A stretch of 34,196 bases of DNA from the NCBI GenBank assembly GCA_002245135.1, contig NGBS01001175.1, forward strand, positions 124,001 to 158,196. The letters run 5' to 3'. The notes under the pieces were generated by a model. The model was not told where the DNA came from. It saw nothing but the letters and a program-made list of their open reading frames with translations, and ran no database searches. Positions 24,873-34,196 of this stretch are shown here, in pieces; position 1 is the first letter of the stretch; each line of letters opens with the position of its first letter. The position numbers were made by a program, and so were the translations under genes. This stretch comes from Proteromonas lacertae. Its lineage: Eukaryota.

Positions 24873-27256
24873 ATGGGGAATTGTTGTTCTGGAAAATCAA
24901 TAGGTATGATATATACTATTATAAACCTCTTATTTAAATTGGTTGTGTAAATGAAAATGAGGTAGTGTAGAATATACTTAAATCACATGATATCTGCATA
25001 AAATGAATAATTTATTACAAGAGAATATATTCATCTATCCTATATATTATGATTTGTTTGTATTTATACATTATAGATATTATCGAAATAAAAGAAACTC
25101 CCCAAATAAATGAAAATGTAGAATTAGTAAATATATTAGAAAAGAAAGATGAAACACATGAGAGTATCATTTAATTACCATATAATGATATAGATGTACC
25201 AAACACATGCCAAATAGAATCAATAGCAACCCCTAAAACAGTTGAAGTAAATGCACAATCAGCAGATACCAAGAAAGAATCAATCCAAACAATGTCCTCT
25301 AACCACATGCGTATATTAAGGAACCATAGTCCCAGTGATAAATATCATGAATATATACCAAACGGTGTAATTGACTTACTACCGGACACAGAAATAAAGA
25401 TGAGGAATATGAATGAATATCCATCCATTGAAAATGATAGTGAAATAAATAGAATAGATAGTGTAATTGAATCATACGATTATGAAAATGACTATTTATT
25501 GATAAATAGTTATAATAATTTAATCTACAATCCATTTACAATAGAAATTATGGAAGAAGAAAGAATGTTTTTACAACCAAATTACATATTCGAATGTAAA
25601 ATATATGAAAGTGTGAATATGATAGAAGATAATGAATTATTTTATAATTATGGATTTAGTGATGATTCTGATAGTGAAAATGACAATATTAACAATGGAG
25701 AAGATGAAGATGATGATGAAGAAGGAAGTGAAGATAGTATAAATGATAGAATTAGTTCAATCTGTTTCAGTGATTTATCTGCAAGATCAACTACATCATC
25801 ACTCAATTCACATAGACAAACAGTGTTAAGAAGAAAGAAACCAATTAATAAATCATCATCTAGTAATAATATGTTGATAATTGATAAGAATAAATTACCT
25901 CCAAAGCCACAAACACCGACTATTTTACAATTACAACAACTTAATAATAATAATAATAATAATAATAGTCGTAAGAATAGCAGTAGAGTATCCAATCATA
26001 GTAGAAATAACTCTATATATAATAATATTAATTCACCTGGATCAAATAGAAATTTGTTAAAGAAATCATTGAATGAATTAAGTACAACAAGTGTATTTTC
26101 ATTAGCATCAATTGATAATATTACTCATGAAGTTGAGGATGGTTTTATTAACAAAAGTATTTTAAATGCAAAGTGTTTGGGTATTCATATCTCAATACAG
26201 TTATATGATAATAATAAAATGAGTAATAAATTAGATGTGACTCAATATAATGAAAGTAATAAAAAGATTGTAGAAATAAGTAGAGATTTGTTGTTGAATA
26301 AAAAGAAATCTATAAATGACCAACTACAGACAATATCTAAGACAAATTATGTAAAGAATAATACAAATGTAAATTCAACTAATACAATCATAAACCATTC
26401 TATTCCTTTAATTATATCAATAGAAAATGTGATTGATAAATCCATTATACCATCAATATATAACCCCCAGTTTGTTAATTTTGGAATAACTGGTTATTTA
26501 GGTTGGTATTATACTCGACATAGTCTATCTCTATTGCAGAATAGTAATACAAACATCACAAGTTTAGTAATTAAATTCCTACCTCAACAAACATTAATAA
26601 CAGGTTTAAAAATAGAAAATAAAATGATCAATACAATTGGTCCATCTCATTCTTTGAAATATAATTCATATCGTATAATTGACTGTATTAGAGATTATTA
26701 TAATAAGAATATATTACAAAATAATAATAATAATAATATGAACAGTAATAGTTTTAGTAATCTAAATATCTTATCTTCACCACTATCTCCTTTATCTCCA
26801 CTTAATAATCTAACAAACACATCACCAGGTGATGGTGGTAGTAATATAATACCTCCTGCTAATATAATGAATTGGAGTAGAAGTAAATGTATAGAAGAAT
26901 GGAAGATATGTAGTGATGTGAATAATTTCTATTTTAATTGTCCAAAAGGAAGTGATTCAAAGAATGGTAATTATGTAATGTCAAAAATTACTTTACATCA
27001 TTCAATTTTATATGAAATTCATAAATCATTGATGAATGAGATTCATGAATATTGTAAAGAGAATAATATAGTTAAACCCAAGTATATAATAATGTTAGAT
27101 CATCAAGAATATCATATTCCAAGTGAATTTATATTTTTGGATTTTGCTGATAGTGAAGTTCATGTAAGTTCAAATAGTAGATGGTGTGGTGTTGGAAGTG
27201 GTATTATTAGCTGTAATCAATTTTTACAATCATATAAAATACAGAGTTATATGTAA
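24873..27256 (+). CDS. N-myristoylated/palmitoylated (MGNCC) protein with a possible divergent inositol-polyphosphate-kinase-like C-terminal fold
   Basis: ATG at 24873 gives MGNCCSGKSI. Introns 24904-25076 and about 25164-25192 join in frame to ORF 25292-27256. C-terminal LDFAD...GVGSGIISCNQFL. The fold call is weak. Confidence 0.7.
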
Positions 27257-27359
27257 ATTTTTTCAATCTTTAATATAAATGATATTTAAAATTTGTGTAT
27301 CTATGTGTATTATTGTTTTTGTATGTTTTTTTGGTTATTTAAAGAAAATGTATAATGAA

Positions 27360-29220
27360 TTATTTTATTAATATTTTATGACTTTTTCTTTCCTTTACTT
27401 TTTCTTCTTCTTCTTCTTCATCATCATCACATTCTCCTTCTTCCTCTTCCTTATCATCATCACCTCCTTCTTTCACTTCATCTTTCATTTCATCTAAATG
27501 ATCTACAGCATTTATTCTGTTTTGATTATCACACAATTCAAATAAATATTGATCTATCTTCTGATCACAGGATTTTAACAAATCAACTAAATCAGGAGCA
27601 AGCGCAGAATAGTTTCTTGTGAAATAACTAATGGCTGTTCCTTTTATATTTCCTCTTCCACATCTTCCAATTCTATGAATCTATTGATATTTAGAAACAA
27701 TTAAAAATAATAATAAATACATATTGATCAAGATTAGAAGGAAAATCATAATTGATAATATAATTCAAATTCTTTATATCTAATCCTCTTCCAGCTATAT
27801 CTGTCGCTATTAGAATAGGAACTTTACCACATTTAAAATTCTGTAATGCTAAATCTCTTTCTGTAAAAAAACAAGAATTAAAATAAACTACAATATAAAT
27901 AGATTTTTTAAAAAATGATATTTCTGTGTCATTTTACTATGTAAAACAGCTGATTCAATATTATCTATTAATTTCTTCTTATCACTCTTTGTTGGAAGTT
28001 GTGAATCAGAATTAAAACGACTATTCTTTCTTGGTAAACAATTCTCTTTTAGAAACTTTGTTAAGAAATGCATTTTCTTTATTTGATTCACTATAATCAG
28101 TATAATACTCTTTTGTCTTTTATCTTTTTCATCTTCTCGTAATTTCTAACACAAATAGTTGAAATAACAATACTTCAAGGAATTTAATCAATTTTCTTGG
28201 CTTCTTATGTTCTGCACATACTTGTACAATTTGTTCTACATTTCTATTAATATCATATTTATTCTGTTTTACTGAAATTGATATTGCATTTTTTATATAT
28301 TTATTCTTTATTTCTTCATCCTATTTTTATATATAAATCAAATAACAACATACAATTCCACTTAATGTTGCACTAAATAACCCTATTTGAGCATCAGATG
28401 ATAATAATGATAAGATTAATAATATCTGTTCTTTAAAACCCATTTACATCTATAAATTAAAGAAAAAATAGAGAAAATGAAAGAAATAAAAAAAAAGATA
28501 TATCCAACATCTTATCAGCTTCATCTAAAACACAATAATTAATTACATCCATTTTAATCTTCTCTTCTTGAATCATATCACATATTCTACCAACTGTACC
28601 TATTATTATATCATATTCACTCTCTAATTTTTCTATTTGTTTTTCTCTATCTTTACCTCCACAAATTAATATACTTTTCATTGGATATATTTTTGATATT
28701 TGTCTTACTACAGTGAATATTTGAGTTGATAATTCTCTTGTAGGACTGAATACAATCGCTTTTTTTATCTTTCTAGATATTTAAATAGCTTTTGTAATAT
28801 ACTTATTTTTGTGTAATTCTATAAATGGTAAAAGAAATGATAATGTCTTTCCACTTCCTGTTTCAGCTTCAGCAATAACATTTTTCTGTTCTAAAAGTAA
28901 CGGCCAACATTTTAATTGTATATTTCGAGGTTCTTTAAAACTAACGACAATAATAAAACAATTTATACTTAACTTTATTGAAAAACTGCAAAAATAATTC
29001 TGGTATTTTAAATTCTTCCTTTTCCATAGAGTTTGATATTGATTGCTCAACAACTGTAGATTCTTTTCTAATTTTTTGGGGTGGATGAGTTAAACTATCA
29101 TTTCCTTCTTCATACTTTCTTTTTCGTTTTTCTTTAGTGAAATCCTTGCTTTTTTCTTTTCTATGTCTAACATTCATAGAAATGGCATAAATACTTCTCT
29201 TGCCTGTATTTATTATCCAT
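27360..29220 (-). CDS. DEAD-box RNA helicase (Dbp3/Dbp2-like, probably ribosome biogenesis)
   Basis: AETGSGKT, PTREL, GG, GTVGR, DEAD, SAT, ATDIAGRGLD and HRIGRCGR motifs; basic N-terminus and acidic C-terminus; ATG at 29220. Confidence 0.92.
27863..27921 (-). other. AT-AC (U12-type) intron, 59 nt
   Basis: ATATCATTT...TTTTAAT...TTTAC. Removal restores LHSKMTQKERDLALQNF in the helicase C domain; no GT donor restores this motif. Confidence 0.8.
28448..28501 (-). other. U12-like intron with ATATCTTTT donor, about 54 nt, non-canonical 3' end
   Basis: Interrupts DEADKMLD...GFKEQ. Branch-like TTCTTTAAT is present; the only nearby GT donor is out of frame. Confidence 0.65.
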
Positions 29221-29364
29221 TTTTGTAATATAATTGATGAAATGATTACAATATGTAAATAAAAATGGTTAATATATCTCTAGATGATGAGAAAAACAAG
29301 AAATGATTCTATTAAAGCTTGATTCTGTTTGAAACTTTACTCACTATATTTTTAATAATATTGA

Positions 29365-29372
29365 AACAAACA
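29365..29372 (-). terminator. TGTTTGTT downstream polyadenylation element
   Basis: Exact motif 13 nt after the TAA at 29386. Confidence 0.6.
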
Positions 29373-29385
29373 CATATAAAAAGAG

Positions 29386-32300
29386 TTAAGAATTAATATT
29401 TGTGTTATAACTCTCAATAACTTCAGGAGGTTCAAGTCCTCTGCAAACCTTAACGAAGTCATTACAAACTAAGTCAAATTTTCTCTTTTCATTCAATCTC
29501 CTATTGAAACAATAATTAATAGTAATAACATACAAAAATAGTGTATTCAATAGAATTTCACTCTGATAACTATTCAATCTAAACTCATTCATAGATGTAG
29601 CAAATATATTCATCAAAATAGGTTTAGATTCTTCAGTAAATGTTTGTAGAATATGTGAAAAGAGAGTAATATAACTATTAGTCATAATAGAAACTGAATC
29701 ACTAGCTAATGCTTTAATAGTATTTACTAAAATAGGATTTAAACTATTTCTCATCAAATCAGTTAAACCGACTTTATAATCAACCATTATTGGTTTATCT
29801 AACTGTTGGATTAACGTTGTAATGAATTTAACTACACTTCTAGCTGTTTCAATTTCTGATTTATTCATATATAATATTGAGCATTGAAATAACATTGGAA
29901 AGGCTGAGCATGTGATTAATGATATTGGTTCAAATATAATGTGAATATGAAGTAACTATAAAGTATAGAATAAGGTTAAAAAACAACATACTGAAAATAG
30001 GGATTGTAAGATATCTGGATGAATATCACTTCTCTTATTTACGATATTATTGGTTAATGATATATAGATAATATCTGCACTATCAGTAATGAGTTTAATA
30101 ATATTCATATCTTTAGTTGTTGTTTGTAATAAGTTCTGAATTAAATTCATCTTGGAGGAAGTGATAAGAATGTCATTTGTTTCTACATTTCTATTTAATA
30201 TCAATTTTTCAATCTATTTATTATATATTAATATAATAATATATATATATATATATACAATAACTGGTAAATTAACATAAACAAACTGATTCTCATTCAA
30301 TGTCAAATCAGATATAAAGCTACAAATAGAATCCATTATTTCTTCATTGTATTTGTTATTATCAACAATAACAACAATACAATTCCATATTAACTGCAAT
30401 ATCTCATTTAAAGGATTAATCAACTTTGATGTGAATTTAATAAACTGAAATAATGATCGAATATACTCAAAGTATAGTGATATTTGTTTGGATATTTCAT
30501 TGGATTGATTAAAATTACCAACTAATGATTCTATATTCTGAATAATTGGGTTAATGAATAGTAATATTCTATCTTTAGCTTGATTTGCATCGAGTGTTAT
30601 TAATCTGGATATGCCTGAATAAATGCTCTTTATACTTTCACTATTAATACTAGTCGTATATATGTATTGCTATAATATTATAGATTATATATATATATAT
30701 ATACCAATATAAACTGCAATAAATCATTTAGATATGGAACTAATATGGATTTCCAGTTCATTAATATTTTACCAATATTTTGGCTAATTGATTCTTCATC
30801 AACAATGAGATTTTCAAATAAATATTTAATAATAGAAATATAATCAGTAGAAAATGAATTATTATTATTTGTTGTGAATATAAATGAATATTTTGACAAG
30901 AATTCACAATAAGTTTTGATTAAATATTTCTCATTTTTATAAAAAGGTAATGAGAATAGTGTATATAACTTACTTATAATTATCATTGAATTTGGTATAT
31001 TATAAAGAGTATTCTATACATAATAAGATAATATAAATAGAGTAATAAATATACTGTCTGTAATTTATCTTTATTTAAATATCTTTGAAATTCACTACTA
31101 ATTCCATTTATACAATATAATATAGCTTCATGACATATCCAATCATTTTGGTTCTCATCAAATATCTTTATACAAATATCGAAATAATGTTGGAATAAAT
31201 TATTATATACTGTAACAAGTGTATCTTTACAATTCGGTGTAGCTGTTCTATAAAATGAATTTGTCCCTATTCGATAATAATATATATATATTCAATTATA
31301 TTGTTATACTATTATCTAATCTACAGTGCTTTATTATAATTGGCAATAGTGTTGAAAACAATGGAATTCCATATTCTACACATCTTTCACTCTGACTAAA
31401 ATCATTAATTCTTTCCCAAAAATCAAATAATAACGATGAAATACTTCCATCATAATAATCAAAGTATTGAACTAATAACTTCATATATTGTTGTCTTAAT
31501 TCTATATTATCTTTATTATTTACATCTATTAAATAAGTGATAACAGTCTCTCCACATTGTGACAATAACATAGTTAAACTTCTTAATACATAATAATAAA
31601 AACTACTGTCAATATTATTATTGTTGTTGTTGCTAATACTCAAATTCATCCATTTATTTCCTACTTCAATTAATAGTTGTAAAACCACTGGAATATTCTC
31701 TGCTTTTAACTGATAACATTCATTTAAGACTGTATTTAATGTGTCACTACTTAATATAACTATTGATTGATTATCTAAAGATAATGTGTGTTGATATATC
31801 TTAAATAAATCAGGATAATTTTCTAATGTCATATCTAGTTTTAACCATGATTTTAATGTGTCAAAACATAGTTTTATTATTGATTCAGGGATATTGGGAG
31901 TGGACAAATAGAGATAAAGAAAACTAATTAGTTGAGGTATGAATGGATTTGATGATTGTGAAACTGAGGAGATATTTTTACAACCACTTTCACTGGTTGA
32001 ATGTAAATCTTCAGGTAATGTCTATTTACACATAGTATATATATATAATACTTTAATCAACAGTAAACATAATTCAATTTTTGGAATGGATGTTCCAGCG
32101 TTGTTTAACCATCCAAATACTTGTGTAAGATACGGTTGAACAGTTTCTGGTTTACTGTACACAAAAAGAGCTGATGAAAGACATAAATAATTCAATGGTT
32201 GAAATGAAAGAGTTAACCTATCATTCATAATATCATCGAATATAGAAAATAAATTTTGATGAATCTGAGTTTTCTGATCATCATTTAAACGAAACCACTC

Positions 32301-32537
32301 ATTTTGTTGTTTGTTGTAGAATGCTTGACATGCGTACATAACAATATTACTGTTGCTAGAGTATTCTTTAACAAGTTCTATTAACACAGGCCAAATATCA
32401 TCTCTAGAAATGTAAGATGTGATAGTATCTGTTGTTTCCTTTAACAATTCGGGTTTTATACCCTAGAAAATAATAATTATAAACAATACGGAATATAATA
32501 AAGTCAACGCCTGAACGAATGGTTGAAAATTCTGCAT
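29386..32537 (-). CDS. Importin-beta family karyopherin, transportin-3/Mtr10 or importin-13-like
   Basis: N-terminal ALTLLY...W..., TLPED, WLKL, LFDFWE and DW..HEAILYCI motifs in HEAT-like helices; multiple short introns; ATG at 32537. Confidence 0.75.
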
Positions 32538-32679
32538 TTTAAAAGTTTTGGGGTATCTTCTATTCGAAAATTTTGATTGATTTTGTTTTTCATATCTCAT
32601 CATACAATATACATATAAGTTTAAAAGTATTAAATTTTCAAATAAAACAAAGAAATTAAGGAGAAGGAATAATAAATAA

Positions 32680-33990
32680 CTAATTGTCTTTAGGTAATTC
32701 ATGAAAGGTAGGTTCTGGTGGTGAGATTGTATTTATTATAGGAGAATTGAAATGTCCAAGTGACGATGAAGACAGTTTCATAGTATCTAAACTATTGGTG
32801 ACAGATGTTCTTCCACCTTCACTTAAACTGGAATTATAAAAAGGAATCTGATCATTTATAAGTTGAGAAGAAGTGAACGAATTCATCGGGTTAGGAAAAT
32901 TTTCGAGTAAAGCCAATAGAATTAATAGAAACGAAGTTTAAAATCATATAACACTCTCATAAAAGATATATTCAAATCCTCCTGGAGAATTGAATGGAAT
33001 ATCTACACTAGAATCTGGCTTAGGAATACTCATTGTCATATTTCTGATATTATTATCTTCATCAATCTTCTGCTGCTGTGCTTGCTGTTGTATTTGTTGC
33101 TGTTGCATTTGTTTATTCTGTTTGTTCTGTAGAGATTGATCTAAAGAAGTTGGAATTGGTAAATCATTCATCACTGGTATTGAAGATGCTAAAGAACTAT
33201 CATTAGCTATAGAAACATCATTATTTCTAGTATGTTCATCCATGAAATGATATTCTATCTCATTTTCTATATTATTATGTTGTATATTGTTTACATTATT
33301 ATTATCTGTTGTATTACTATTACTAATATCACTACTATTAGAGGTATTGGTAGTAGAAGGTTTATAATTAATTATATTATTATCATCATCATAATCGTAG
33401 TTTGTAATTGCTCTAGTTCCATGGTACTTCTTTGCAGCTATATCATATGCACGTGCTGCTGCTTCTTCTGATGTAAATGAACCTAAGTACTTCTTATGAC
33501 CATTGTGTTGGATTGTGCATTCCATTTACCAGCTCGTGAATATACTCCACGAAAATCTGATGTGTATGATTGCCTTTACTACCTTTATCTTTTGGCTGAC
33601 TACTTTTGGCTGACTCATTATCGAATTTCATTCTTTTAGTTTTCCCTATATAGAAAATTAGTATTTCTTAAACAACAGGTGATTTATAAATATATGAATA
33701 CTCTCCAATAGATCTGAATACGATGGGACACGAGCTATTTTTCGGAATTCTACTGTTTCATTATTCTCTATTAACAATTAATTCCAATCAATACTTTCCT
33801 GACACTCTGGACAAGCCCATAGATCTTTTGGAATTTCTTCAAGCGGAGGGTTGAGACAATTTAGATGATATACATACTTACAATAGTCGCAACACAATAA
33901 TTCCCCTGTAAGACCACATATATGACATATGTAATCGTATTTCCCTTTGAATAGAGTGAGACCAGGATATGGATTTTGAAATTCGCTCAT
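32680..33990 (-). CDS. PHD finger + AP2/ERF DNA-binding domain transcription regulator with Gln/Asn-rich region
   Basis: PHD: CHIC...LLCCDYC...YHLNCLNPP...WACPEC. AP2: [43 protein letters not shown]...TN. Two -1 breaks fall in A-runs at about 33575 and 33513. Confidence 0.85.
32907..32969 (-). other. AT-AC (U12-type) intron, 63 nt
   Basis: ATATCTTTT...CTATTAAT...TTTAC removes in-frame stops and joins ORFs 32944-33525 and 32680-32916 in frame; no nearby AG acceptor lies after the stops. Confidence 0.75.
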
Positions 33991-34196
33991 AATATTATAT
34001 TAAATATATGCTTATTTTTAAAAACAACAATGAAAAGAGCCACGTAATTAATATACAATAATACAACTAAACAACAAAGAAATTCCGAAATGAAATAATT
34101 CGCGCCTTTTGTTCTGGCTATTTCTACTTCGCTAAATTTAAAAAGCTTTAGATGTGTATTCGCTGAGTTGATGTAGTGAGTCTGGTGAACTCATAA

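Noticed and set aside
33589..33615. AGTCAGCCAAAAG tandem duplication as the cause of the AP2 frameshift
   Set aside because: Removing one copy produces an immediate stop; a missing A explains the frame better.
1..34196. Alternative genetic code (stop reassignment)
   Set aside because: Long clean ORFs lack in-frame stops, and after internal stops coding resumes in another frame or after an intron, not in the same frame.
1..34196. CRISPR arrays, tRNA/rRNA genes, transposases
   Set aside because: No repeat-spacer structure, cloverleaf, rRNA-like segment or transposase/RT motif was seen.

Overview
Eukaryotic, very AT-rich, gene-dense genomic DNA with about 13 spliced protein-coding genes and short intergenic spacers (about 90-230 nt). 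Most introns are tiny GT-AG introns of about 24-45 nt. These introns, TGTTTGTT motifs just 3' of two stop codons and AT-AC introns point to a Blastocystis-like stramenopile (inference). Manual splicing merges the fragmented ORF track into these genes: a multipass membrane protein, a low-complexity protein, a CFAP107-like protein, an IQ protein, PHD-RCC1, two tandem pseudokinase/Hsp70(Hsp110)-like ATPase/long helical fusion genes, kinesin-14, a GPI-type surface protein, a myristoylated IPK-like protein, a DEAD-box helicase, a transportin-3/importin-13-like protein and PHD-AP2. The highlights are the tandem pseudokinase-Hsp70 fusion pair with gene-conversion-like patches, three divergent U12-type introns, a ciliary-type gene, and about 14 same-direction (+1) frame breaks that are either assembly errors or recoding.
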